Assembly: GCA_032161105.1 (NCBI GenBank)
Contig: JAVHTD010000006.1
Length of the DNA: 64,000 bases
From: Candidatus Thermosaccharophagus tengchongensis
Lineage (GTDB): Bacteria; Armatimonadota; Fervidibacteria; Fervidibacterales; Thermosaccharophagaceae
Reading direction: 5' to 3' (one strand)
Below are positions 40,340-49,422 of this stretch, piece after piece. Position 1 is the first letter of the stretch. The number at the start of each line of letters is the position of its first letter. The notes beneath the pieces were generated by a model. That model did not search any database, was not told the DNA's origin, and was given only the letters and a program-made list of their open reading frames with translations. Made by a program: the position numbers and the translations under genes.

Positions 40340-41355
40340 GGGCATCGGAAATGAGCGGTCGCCACAACTTCAACAAGCTCTCCATCATCGTTCCAGTGTT
40401 CAATGAGGAGGGCAACCTGCGCAAGCTTCATGAGGAGCTCGTTAGCGTCGTTGATGAACTTGGTATTGACTACGAACTCCTTTTCGTTGACGATGGCAGC
40501 ACTGATGGGAGTTACAAAGTGCTCAAGGAAATTGCGCTATCACACACCCGCACGATCGTCATCAAGTTGAGGCGCAACTTTGGTCAAACGCTTGCCATGC
40601 AAGCTGGCGTGGACTACTCAAGCGGCGATGTAATCGTGTTCATTGATGCCGACTTGCAAAATGACCCGAGAGACATCCCACGCCTGATTGAGAAATTGAA
40701 CGAAGGCTATGACATCGTGAGCGGTTGGAGGAGGCATCGCAAGGACAAACTGCTGACGCGCAGGATACCCTCAGTTATCGCCAACTGGCTTGTTTCAAAG
40801 GTTAGTGGCATCAACTTGCGCGATCACGGATGCACTCTCAAAGCATATAGGCGAAACGCAATTACTTCACTCAGGCTGTATGGCGAGATGCACCGCGTGA
40901 TAGCGGCATACCTTGGGCAACTCAAATTTAGGGTCGCAGAAATTGAGGTCAATCATCGTCCGAGGGTTTGGGGACGCTCAAAATACGGGCTTGAGAGGAC
41001 ATTCAAAGTTTTGCTCGACCTGCTCATGGTCAGGATGTTGCACAAACTTTTGAGCAAGCCAATTTACGCTATCGGCACATGGGCACTTGCGTTTCTGCTT
41101 TTCGGCATGCTGACATTGTGTGCCGCTCTCATTTGCTTTGGGATGGGAACGCACATCAATTTCTGCGCGGCTTCAGCGCTGCTATGCGTTAGTGCAGTAG
41201 CCATTGTTGGTGGGATGCAATTTCTAATGCTCGGTTTAATTGCAGAGGTGCTCATGCGCATTTACCATCAAGCTCAAGGGATCAACCCATACGAGGTTGA
41301 GGAGATTATCCCAGCAAGCAGAATGCTGAAGAGGAGCACTCTCAAAAGCGATTGA
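40336..41355 (+). CDS. GT2 polyprenol-phosphate glycosyltransferase (ArnC/GtrB-like) with two C-terminal TM helices
   Basis: VPVFNE, VDDGSTD, RNFGQ, DADLQND; ATGA overlap with the accD stop. Confidence 0.9.
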   Translation: MRASEMSGRHNFNKLSIIVPVFNEEGNLRKLHEELVSVVDELGIDYELLFVDDGSTDGSYKVLKEIALSHTRTIVIKLRRNFGQTLAMQAGVDYSSGDVIVFIDADLQNDPRDIPRLIEKLNEGYDIVSGWRRHRKDKLLTRRIPSVIANWLVSKVSGINLRDHGCTLKAYRRNAITSLRLYGEMHRVIAAYLGQLKFRVAEIEVNHRPRVWGRSKYGLERTFKVLLDLLMVRMLHKLLSKPIYAIGTWALAFLLFGMLTLCAALICFGMGTHINFCAASALLCVSAVAIVGGMQFLMLGLIAEVLMRIYHQAQGINPYEVEEIIPASRMLKRSTLKSD

Positions 41356-41412
41356 GGAAAGGAGCAGGGTGAATTGAAGAGATGCAACCGAAGTTAGCCC
41401 AAGGAGCAGGCA

Positions 41413-41583
41413 TTGACATGCGTGTTGACCGTCATGGCCGTGCTCGCCTACTACTTCATGTGGTATTACGGCGCGATACTCGCAAGGCAGTGTCGGATAC
41501 CAATCCTCATCGGATGTTGGTTGCCAAATCTGCTCTCCTTGGTTATCGGAATAGCACTGCTTGTGCGCAGCACAAGGGTCTGA
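41413..41583 (+). other. Small 56-codon membrane ORF or remnant resembling the LptF/LptG C-terminus
   Basis: Own translation: (TTG)TCVLTVMAVLAYYFMWYYGAILARQCRIPILIGCWLPNLLSLVIGIALLVRSTRV*; AAGGAG upstream; in-frame TAG at 41395. Confidence 0.55.
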
Positions 41584-41608
41584 TTCCTCGCTCAATTGAT
41601 GATGTCAT

Positions 41609-41722
41609 TGTCATGAAGGACGCCACTCCGCTATCGCTTCGTGGCTTACTACGAACGATGTCATGACGAACGATGTCATGACGAACGCCACTTCGCTAAT
41701 GCTTCGTGGCTTGCTACGAACG
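41609..41722. repeat. Two 49-bp imperfect direct repeats with internal hairpins (REP-like)
   Basis: 41609-41657 vs 41674-41722 match at 43/49; each contains GCCAC...GTGGC; ACGAACGATGTCATG is tandemly duplicated at the junction. Confidence 0.8.
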
Positions 41723-41727
41723 GGCGT

Positions 41728-41756
41728 TTGACAAGATTGCGATGTAAGAATTTACA
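41728..41756 (+). promoter_or_regulatory. Putative sigma70 -35 box with a palindromic operator over the -10 region
   Basis: TTGACA at 41728-41733; TGTAA-GAAT-TTACA at 41743-41756; upstream of the prepilin-like gene. Confidence 0.5.
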
Positions 41757-41965
41757 AACAAATTGTGCTGTGCTAAAGTCGGGTTGTGGGAGTGAAGTCA
41801 ATCCCATACGGAAGGAGGGTGATGTAATTAGAGTTCGCATCAGTGGCGGCTTTAAGTTGCCTGAAGGAATGATTTGTGGTTGATTGCTGCTTGCCACTAA
41901 TCTCCATATGATGGCTTTGTGAGGCGTTGAAGATGGTGTGTTCAAAATCAAAGGAGGAATGTGAA

Positions 41966-42619
41966 ATGAAGCGAACAGTTGGAAGGCGTAGGGTGAGCTC
42001 AACTGGCTTTACGCTGATAGAGCTGCTCGTGGTGATTGCTATCATCGCCATCTTGGCGGCGATTCTGTTCCCCGTGTTTGCAAAGGCAAGGGAAAAGGCG
42101 AGGACTATAAGCTGCACAAACAACTTGCGTCAGCTTGGCATGGGAGCGCTCATGTATGCTCAGGATTACGATGAGACATTGCCTATCGGATACAGAGGAC
42201 CATCATGGTGTGCCGACTTTGCTTCGTGGAAGCAGCTCATCTTACCGTATGTGAAGAACACGCAGCTTTATATATGCCCATCAACTGGTGAAAGGTATCC
42301 ATGTCCTGCTGGGAGCCAACTGCCATATACTGCAACTTACGGCACAAATGCATATTGGAGCGAGAGCGGAATTTACGCCCTTGCCCGCTTTGATCAACCT
42401 TCAAGGACATTCTTAATCGGGGAGAATGGTGATGGTGATTGGGTAGTGGAACCACCACAGGGTCAATGCACTGGAGCTAATTGGCCACAACCTGGCTGGG
42501 TAGCTTTCCCGCACCTTGAAGGAAGCGTCTGGGCATATGCTGACGGGCATGCAAAGTGGCTTCCAAAGGAAAGGGCATTTGAGAACGATTGCTATGAGTG
42601 GCGTGTAACCAAGCCATAA
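41966..42619 (+). CDS. Prepilin-type N-terminal cleavage/methylation protein, DUF1559 with H-X9-DG motif
   Basis: [73 protein letters not shown]. Confidence 0.93.
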   Translation: MKRTVGRRRVSSTGFTLIELLVVIAIIAILAAILFPVFAKAREKARTISCTNNLRQLGMGALMYAQDYDETLPIGYRGPSWCADFASWKQLILPYVKNTQLYICPSTGERYPCPAGSQLPYTATYGTNAYWSESGIYALARFDQPSRTFLIGENGDGDWVVEPPQGQCTGANWPQPGWVAFPHLEGSVWAYADGHAKWLPKERAFENDCYEWRVTKP

Positions 42620-42691
42620 GGTTTACACGATTGAATCAGCGCGGCATCATAGATAGAGGAGTGCGCGGGTGAGAACTTTAGGTGGGGAAGG

Positions 42692-42733
42692 ATAAAAGCG
42701 CATGCGTGTAGTGGCGCATGCGCTTTTATGTTT
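42692..42733 (+). terminator. Intrinsic terminator (possibly bidirectional)
   Basis: Perfect 15-bp inverted repeat ATAAAAGCGCATGCG / CGCATGCGCTTTTAT with an 8-nt loop and T-rich tail. Confidence 0.8.
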
Positions 42734-42892
42734 GCGATGGGACTTGACTTTGAAATGGATGATGCAGCATCATAACAAACGGTGGTTTCCGTTAGTCCCT
42801 CAATGAAGCGTGCAAGCAAGTAGGAGCGAGTGAGCCTCAAAGGGCATCGTTGGCAAATGATGAGGTTGTCAATGAGGGGGTGTAGTGAGGCT

Positions 42893-43276
42893 GTGAAAGG
42901 CACCATCCACGAACTCGTAATTCAAACCGAACATAAAGAGCAGATGGTGGACATAACTGATGCTGTGCGCAAACTCGTAACCAGTGCGGGATTAAGCGAG
43001 GGCTTCGTTTGCATCTATGTGCCCCACACAACCGCAGCGGTGAGCATCCACCGAGACATCTCAAAAGAAAACACCTCAAGGCTTCATGAGTTCCTGGAGC
43101 AATTTGACAACATAGTCGGCAATTCTTCTGGGTATACTAAGGCTGCCTTAGTTGCACCAACTGAGGTGCTCCTTGTCAAGGATGGAAAATTGCTAATGGA
43201 CAATGATCAGCGCATCATTTTCTACGAATTTGACGGACCAAAGGAAAGAAAGGTGTATGTATACATTTCCCAATAA
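42893..43276 (+). CDS. YjbQ/UPF0047 family protein (divergent)
   Basis: MVDITDAV, YVPHTTAA, QRIIFYEFDGP.ER; GTG start inferred. Confidence 0.82.
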   Translation: MKGTIHELVIQTEHKEQMVDITDAVRKLVTSAGLSEGFVCIYVPHTTAAVSIHRDISKENTSRLHEFLEQFDNIVGNSSGYTKAALVAPTEVLLVKDGKLLMDNDQRIIFYEFDGPKERKVYVYISQ

Positions 43277-43578
43277 ATTGGGGGAATTTGGCGATTTTTT
43301 CTTGCTCGCCAGTTGGCTCACAGCGTGATTTTGCGGGCATAAGGGGGAACTTTGTTCTCCCAAAAGTGGCTATAAACTGGTAGCCTGATATGCATCTGAG
43401 AGGGCAGTTACCGAATTATTCATAAGTGCTAATTGCACAAGCTATCTCCTTCATCTTGTGGTGAGCAAATTTTACGGATGAAAGTGTAAAGCAATATTGC
43501 GGCATATTTACAGCTTTTCAATACAGGTCACCTGTAATGCTTGCACAACTTTTCACAGCTGGTGGGGGTGTAAAGCGG

Positions 43579-45141
43579 ATGCAGGAGAGGAAGCAAGCAT
43601 TGCTCACAGAAGTTTGGGAAAAATCCCTGCAATTGTTGCAGGAACGCATCAGCGGTGCTGCTTACAAAAGTTGGCTGCGCTCTATTCGTCCAACACGATT
43701 GCAAGGCAGTATTCTAACTGTTACAGTTCCAAATCAGTTTACTAAAGATTTGCTGGAGGCAAGATACAAGAATGAAATAGAGAAAGCAATTAGTGAGGTT
43801 GTTGGTGAATCTGTCAGTATCCAATTTTGCCTCAGCACGACGCAACTCGGGTTGCCACTCAATTTTTCCGAAGAAAATTCCAATAATGGTGTAGAAACAC
43901 CAAAACAGGGGGAGAGCCGAATGGAGGAAAAGATCCAACAAAATGAAGAAGCCGTCACAAAAGCCCCGCAAAACCCCGAAACCACAGGCGGAAAACCACA
44001 GGAAAAGGGAATAAGGGAACATATTTTATCAATTTCAACTCACTGTCAATCGCATGAGCTATCTGATAGCATATTTACAGATTTTAGTTCAATACCATTG
44101 AACCCGAAGTATACATTTGAACGCTTTGTTGTTGGGAGGAGTAACTCACTGAGCCATGCTGCTGCGTGGAGTGTCGCTCACCACCCAGCGGAAAAATATA
44201 ACCCGCTATTCATCTATGGGGGTGTCGGTTTGGGAAAAACCCACCTAATGCATGCTATCGGGCATAAAGTTAGGGAAATATATCCCCACCTTCGAGTGGC
44301 ATATGTTTCTGGCGAAACATTTCTCTTCCATGTTGTAACGGCTATAAGGGAGGATAAAACTGCAGAATTTAGGCGAGCTTACAGGAGTGTTGATGTTTGG
44401 CTTGTTGATGATGTTCAATTCATTGCTTCGGCTGAAAGGACAGAGGTGGAATTTTTCCACATATTTAACGAACTTTATGACACAAATAGGCAGATTGTCA
44501 TTTGCAGCGACCGCCCACCAAAGGAACTGAACCTCGGCGAAGCAAGGTTGCGCTCAAGGTTTGAATGGGGATTAATAACCGAAATTACCCCGCCAGATCT
44601 TGAGCATAGAATTGCAATTTTGCAGCGAAAAGCTCAGGAAGAGAATGTTGACCTCCCAGAAGATGTGGCTCTCTTCATAGCCCAGTCAATACAAACGAAT
44701 ATCAGAGTCCTTGAAGGGGCATTGACAAGAGTCATTGCATATGCCTCGTTGATTGGCAAGCCAATCACACTTGAGATAGCAAAGGAAGGATTGAGGGATT
44801 ACTGCGATTTAAGGCAATATCCCATAGAGTTGAGGCATATATTCAAAGTTGTGGCGGAGCACTTCAACATCACAATTGATGATTTGCGCAGTGCAAAAAG
44901 AAACAGAAGCCTTGTTCAACCGAGGCATATTGCTATGTATTTGGCAAGGGAAATGACTACCGAGTCATTGTCGGATATAGGTAGAGCATTTGGAAAGGAT
45001 CATACATCAGTGTTGTATGCGTATGAAAAAATTCGCGAGGAAATTTATGCTAATCAAGCCATTGCAAGGCTTGTTGATGAATTGAAGGCAAGAGTGGAAC
45101 ACATAGCGCAGCTTGAATCACTTCAACAGCAGAGATTGTGA
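43579..45141 (+). CDS. dnaA: Chromosomal replication initiator DnaA
   Basis: LNPKYTFE.FVVG, YNPLFIYGGVGLGKTHL, DDVQF, SRFEWG, domain IV FGKDHTSV; ATG 43579 after GGGGGTG. Confidence 0.99.
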   Translation: MQERKQALLTEVWEKSLQLLQERISGAAYKSWLRSIRPTRLQGSILTVTVPNQFTKDLLEARYKNEIEKAISEVVGESVSIQFCLSTTQLGLPLNFSEENSNNGVETPKQGESRMEEKIQQNEEAVTKAPQNPETTGGKPQEKGIREHILSISTHCQSHELSDSIFTDFSSIPLNPKYTFERFVVGRSNSLSHAAAWSVAHHPAEKYNPLFIYGGVGLGKTHLMHAIGHKVREIYPHLRVAYVSGETFLFHVVTAIREDKTAEFRRAYRSVDVWLVDDVQFIASAERTEVEFFHIFNELYDTNRQIVICSDRPPKELNLGEARLRSRFEWGLITEITPPDLEHRIAILQRKAQEENVDLPEDVALFIAQSIQTNIRVLEGALTRVIAYASLIGKPITLEIAKEGLRDYCDLRQYPIELRHIFKVVAEHFNITIDDLRSAKRNRSLVQPRHIAMYLAREMTTESLSDIGRAFGKDHTSVLYAYEKIREEIYANQAIARLVDELKARVEHIAQLESLQQQRL

Positions 45142-45632
45142 AAAAGCTGTGAAAAAGTTGTGGAGAAATTGTGGGTAACCTGTTAAAAAGGTGTGAAGGG
45201 CATGTGAGACTCTGTTAAAAAATCCCCTAATATTCGGTTATCCTGTGGAAAAAGCTGTGAATTTGTTCAGTTGACAAAAAATTCGTTCTGTGAATTACTC
45301 TGGGAATAACTTGTGGAAAAAATGTGAATTGGTGGTGAAATGCATGTTGACACATTTGATTTGAGAGAGTTATTCACAGGCTGTGGAAAACTAAACCGAG
45401 TTTTCCACAGGTGGTTGTGGAAAACTTGGGGGAATTTTTCCGGCAAAACTCGGCAAAAAATACTGAAACAAAATTTTTTCCACAATTTTCACACTGCTAA
45501 TAATAACAACAATAAGACGGAGTAAAAAATAAGGCGATGCAATTAGCGAGAACGGCAACGGAGGGAAGGATTTTAGAATTGTCAAAAATAAGTCAGGATG
45601 TGTAATAAACTCATGAGAGGAGGTCGGGGAAG
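45137..45632. other. Chromosomal replication origin oriC
   Basis: AT-rich dnaA-dnaN gap with many DnaA-box-like 9-mers (e.g. TTATTCACA 45370; TGTGGAAAA 45244, 45312, 45382, 45416; TTTTCCACA 45401, 45476) and trios TAATAATAACAACAATAA at 45498-45515. Confidence 0.93.
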
Positions 45633-46787
45633 ATGAAACTCACATGCAACAGTTCAATATTAGCTGATGGTGTGCGTGCAGCAGCACGAGTAGTCAGCGC
45701 AAGGGCAACACTACCAATCCTGCAGAATATCAAAATTGAGGCAATATTTGGGGAAGATGGGGGAAAATTGCTAATCACCGGAACTGACATGAACACCTGT
45801 GTGAGAAAAACCATACCAGTGAAGGTTGAAATTGAGGGCGCAACAACGGTGCCTGCAAAGCTCTTCTTGGAACTTGTAGAGCAGTTCAAGGAAGCAAAGC
45901 AAATTTCGTTAGAACTGCGCGGTAACCTTTTATTCCTGCGGGATGAAGATTCCGAGTCTGAACACTCACTTCCCACAGTCCCCGCAGATGAGTTCCCGCT
46001 CCTGCCCGAGCTGGCAAAGCCCCAGCTATGCGAAATTAATCAAAGCATGCTGCGCAAAATGATAAAGCGGTCAGCATTTGCAGCTGCAACGGAAGAAAGC
46101 GCCGGAGTCTGCGCCGGGATTCTGATAGAAATTGAGGACAACAAACTCTCATTCGTGGCAACAGATACACATCGCATGTCTGTCGTCCGAACAAACATCC
46201 CAACCACCACACAGGAACGCACTGAAGCGATAATTCCTGCCACAGTTATGCGAGAAATACATCGCTTGCTCCCGGATGCGGATGAACCTGCTAAACTTGC
46301 CATTGATGTCACTCACATGCAAATTGAAACTGAGGATATGCAGTGCATAACTCTTAAAATGCAGGGGCAATTCCCGAATTACAAGCGAGTTATACCGACC
46401 CAATTTGCCCGCAAGTTAGTGATTGACACAAGGGAATTTCTCGCCAAAATAAAGCGCGTTGCGCTACACGCAAACGAGGATATACCGCAAATTGTCATGC
46501 AAATTGGGAAAGAAAGGATGATTATCACTGCCGAAGATCCAGAAGCCGGACGGGGGAAAGGCAAAGAGACGCTGCTTCCAATTGAATACGAAGGCGAACC
46601 GATAATCATCGCCTTTAATGCCGACTTTATTACCGAATTCCTCTCCAATGTTGAAAGTCCAACGACAATTGTGGAAATGAATGAAAACCGTCAACCGGTT
46701 GTCATGCGTCCCACCCTGATTGACGAGGGCGAGGAATGGATTTACATCGTAATGCCAATGCAACCGCCAGAGGAAGTGGAATTTTAG
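45633..46787 (+). CDS. dnaN: DNA polymerase III beta sliding clamp
   Basis: LPILQNI, ATDTHR, G.FPNYKRVIP, IAFN, VMPM. Confidence 0.97.
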   Translation: MKLTCNSSILADGVRAAARVVSARATLPILQNIKIEAIFGEDGGKLLITGTDMNTCVRKTIPVKVEIEGATTVPAKLFLELVEQFKEAKQISLELRGNLLFLRDEDSESEHSLPTVPADEFPLLPELAKPQLCEINQSMLRKMIKRSAFAAATEESAGVCAGILIEIEDNKLSFVATDTHRMSVVRTNIPTTTQERTEAIIPATVMREIHRLLPDADEPAKLAIDVTHMQIETEDMQCITLKMQGQFPNYKRVIPTQFARKLVIDTREFLAKIKRVALHANEDIPQIVMQIGKERMIITAEDPEAGRGKGKETLLPIEYEGEPIIIAFNADFITEFLSNVESPTTIVEMNENRQPVVMRPTLIDEGEEWIYIVMPMQPPEEVEF

Positions 46788-46817
46788 GACAGAAGTCAAA
46801 GATGGGAGTGGCGAGAT

Positions 46818-47960
46818 TTGCATGTTAGCCGAATAATATTGCGAAATTTTCGCCTTTTTTCTTCAGCGGATGTCGCTTTTCCGACAGGCATTGTCGCTAT
46901 CGCGGGAGACAACGCTCAAGGGAAAACGACATTAATAGAGGCTATCATGTTCGCATTGACTGGTGAATCGCCAAGAACACATGATGAGCGGGAAATTCCG
47001 AGAAAGGGCACAAATTACGCAGTAGCAAAGGCGCTCATCAGGCTTGAAAATGGCGAGGAACACTGGCTTGAAACCGCCGTTGCTGATGGCAGAAAAAGAT
47101 GGTGCATTGATGGAAAAGAGAGGAAGAAGGGTGAGGAAGGGCGAGCCCCTTTCCATGCAGTTTGTCTCATGCCACATGAAATTCAGATTGTGAGTGGAGA
47201 ACCCCGTAGCAGGCGAGAATTGCTTGACAAAACTTTGTGCCATTGGAGCCACAGCTACCATTTCAGTTTGCTCAATTATCGCCGTGTAATGTCCCAAAGG
47301 AACGCCCTGCTTGAGAAAATAAGCGAGGAAGCAGAATTGCGAGAGGAAGCAAGAAACGAAATCAGCAACTGGGATTTACAACTTGTGAAATATGGCTCCA
47401 GATTGATTGGGATGAGGCTTGAATTTATCCAGCAATGGCAGCCATTTGTCCAAGAATTCTTCTCGGAACTTGGCGGAACAGGGAAAGTTGAATTACGCTA
47501 TATTTCCTCACTTGGAGGCGATGTAGCAGAGCTATACGCCAGTGGGAAAATTGAGGCATTATCTTGGAGATATTCCGAATTACTTGAGAGGGCGCTACCA
47601 CATGACATAGAGGTGACGGCTACAAGCGTCGGACCACACAGAGATGATTTGCAAATTTTGGTTGATAACATGGATGTGCGTGATTATGGCTCATCTGGTC
47701 AACAAAAAGTTGTCTTATTAGCCATGAAGCTTTCTCTCGGCAAACTGCACGAAGTCAAGAGGAACATGTCATCCATAATTCTTCTTGACGACGCATTATC
47801 GCAACTTGACGACAAGCGAAAACAAAAGTTATTTGAAGTCGCTCAAAGATACGAGCAGTGCATCATTACGATGACAAGCTTTGAGGAAATCCCTGGGAAA
47901 TTCCGGGACATATGTTCCCTGTTTCACGCGGAAAAGGGAGAGGTGAAAAGGATTAAATGA
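46818..47960 (+). CDS. recF: DNA replication/repair protein RecF
   Basis: GDNAQGKT, QRNALL, GPHRDD, SSGQQK, LLDD.LS.LD. Confidence 0.96.
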   Translation: MHVSRIILRNFRLFSSADVAFPTGIVAIAGDNAQGKTTLIEAIMFALTGESPRTHDEREIPRKGTNYAVAKALIRLENGEEHWLETAVADGRKRWCIDGKERKKGEEGRAPFHAVCLMPHEIQIVSGEPRSRRELLDKTLCHWSHSYHFSLLNYRRVMSQRNALLEKISEEAELREEARNEISNWDLQLVKYGSRLIGMRLEFIQQWQPFVQEFFSELGGTGKVELRYISSLGGDVAELYASGKIEALSWRYSELLERALPHDIEVTATSVGPHRDDLQILVDNMDVRDYGSSGQQKVVLLAMKLSLGKLHEVKRNMSSIILLDDALSQLDDKRKQKLFEVAQRYEQCIITMTSFEEIPGKFRDICSLFHAEKGEVKRIK

Positions 47961-48583
47961 GGGAAAAACCGGTCTCAATTGGCGAAATAATGGATGATTG
48001 GTTGAAGGGCAAAAAATTTGCAGGAAGCCTGAGATTAACCCCAAAAGGCGAAGATTCCGAAGAGTTGCGGCGACAACAACTCATATTTTCCTGCTGGGAG
48101 GAAGCAGCTGGCAAAAGGATAGCGAGAGCTGTTAAGCCATACAAGTTTGAGCGTGGCACCCTTTATGTTTGCACTGAATCGTCGTCATGGGCGCAGGAAA
48201 TCTCTTTCATCAAACCGGAATTGATCCGCAAAATAAACGAAAAAATTGGGGAAAATCTTGTTGCTAACATACGCTGCCGCATCGGCATGCCGCGTGAAAG
48301 TGTGAAGCGAGAACAACCCCAAAAAGATTCCATGACACCGACACCATTGGAACTTGCCAGAATAAAATTGCCAAAGCAAGTTGAGCAACGCGTGGATGAA
48401 ATGGTTTCGCCCATACAAGATGACGAATTAAGGGGTTTACTTAGGCGGGTCTTTTCGCTTCACATGAAGCTTAAGCTGTGGCGTGAGAGGCATGGATTAA
48501 AGCGGTGTGAAAATTGCGGAGAAATATACAAATCTGACGAAAAGGAATGCCCAATTTGTTCGGCAAAAATGTGGCAACTTTGA
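47957..48583 (+). CDS. dciA: DUF721/DciA helicase-loader family protein with a C-terminal zinc ribbon
   Basis: W....G..IA..V.P..F..G.L.V..SSSWAQE; follows recF; terminal CENC...CPIC. Confidence 0.8.
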   Translation: MREKPVSIGEIMDDWLKGKKFAGSLRLTPKGEDSEELRRQQLIFSCWEEAAGKRIARAVKPYKFERGTLYVCTESSSWAQEISFIKPELIRKINEKIGENLVANIRCRIGMPRESVKREQPQKDSMTPTPLELARIKLPKQVEQRVDEMVSPIQDDELRGLLRRVFSLHMKLKLWRERHGLKRCENCGEIYKSDEKECPICSAKMWQL

Positions 48584-48598
48584 GGAGCCGAGAAGGGC

Positions 48599-49357
48599 AT
48601 GAGCGGAGCCAAAAGGGATTGGAGAATTGAGAGAGAAATTAAGGATTTGCTCTCACGGGCTAATGCGGAAAGGGCTCGTGGAAATTATAAGATGGCACTT
48701 GAGCTTGTCAAACAAGCTTATGAACTCTCTCCAGATGACCCGCAGGTGCTTGAGCTATACGGCGACATACTTCGTGCTCGTGGCAGGTTGAAGGAAGCTT
48801 TGGAGATGTATCGTGCAGCGCTTCAAAAAGGGAGCCAAAAACCGACAGTTGAGGAGAAAATAGCGGCGCTAACAATTGAACTATCGGAAATCGCAAAACA
48901 GGAGGAGTTTAGAGCGTGGTTGAGAGAACACCCGGAACATCGCCCCAAAGGGAAAAATCCCGGGTTAGCTGCTTTGGCTTCAATGGCAATCCCCGGAGCC
49001 GGACAGGCATATAATGAAGATTTTGCCAAAGGATTCGCAATTTTTGGCGTTTCCCTTTTAAGCCTTGCTGGGTGGTTAGTCCCTGTGCTTGATGCGTTTG
49101 AAAAAGCCGCAAAAAAATTCGGGTCAATTCAAATGAGCTCGCTCTTGGAGATCATGCGTGATTGGAGCACGATAAAATTGCTTTGGTTGTTCATTATGAT
49201 GCTGATTTTCCTTTGCGCATGGACATATTCAATCGTTGAGGCAGGCATAACGGCATTTCAAATGAAAAAGGCAGCGGAGCTTGAGTTTGAAGAGGCTTTT
49301 CGGAGATCGCAAAATAGCGAAAAAAGTTGCCACTCAGGTGGAAAAATGAGCGAATAA
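48599..49357 (+). CDS. TPR protein with C-terminal membrane segments
   Basis: Two TPR-like repeats, KNPGLAALAS.IPGAGQ.YN (TM2-like), then hydrophobic helices. Confidence 0.75.
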   Translation: MSGAKRDWRIEREIKDLLSRANAERARGNYKMALELVKQAYELSPDDPQVLELYGDILRARGRLKEALEMYRAALQKGSQKPTVEEKIAALTIELSEIAKQEEFRAWLREHPEHRPKGKNPGLAALASMAIPGAGQAYNEDFAKGFAIFGVSLLSLAGWLVPVLDAFEKAAKKFGSIQMSSLLEIMRDWSTIKLLWLFIMMLIFLCAWTYSIVEAGITAFQMKKAAELEFEEAFRRSQNSEKSCHSGGKMSE

Positions 49358-49422
49358 GCGCGGGAGAGCAAGCCCCGACGGATTTAAAACTTGCCTGATT
49401 ATCCAATTTCTGACCCTCAATT

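Noticed and set aside
41609..41722. Mini CRISPR array
   Set aside because: Only two 49-bp copies, and the 16-bp gap is itself repeat-derived rather than a unique spacer
43860..44090. Insertion or intein in DnaA
   Set aside because: Corresponds to the variable domain II linker; no intein splice motifs
45137..45515. Short periodic repeats as a CRISPR array or plasmid iterons
   Set aside because: They are 9-mers with 2-bp gaps between dnaA and dnaN; no spacers, cas genes or rep gene
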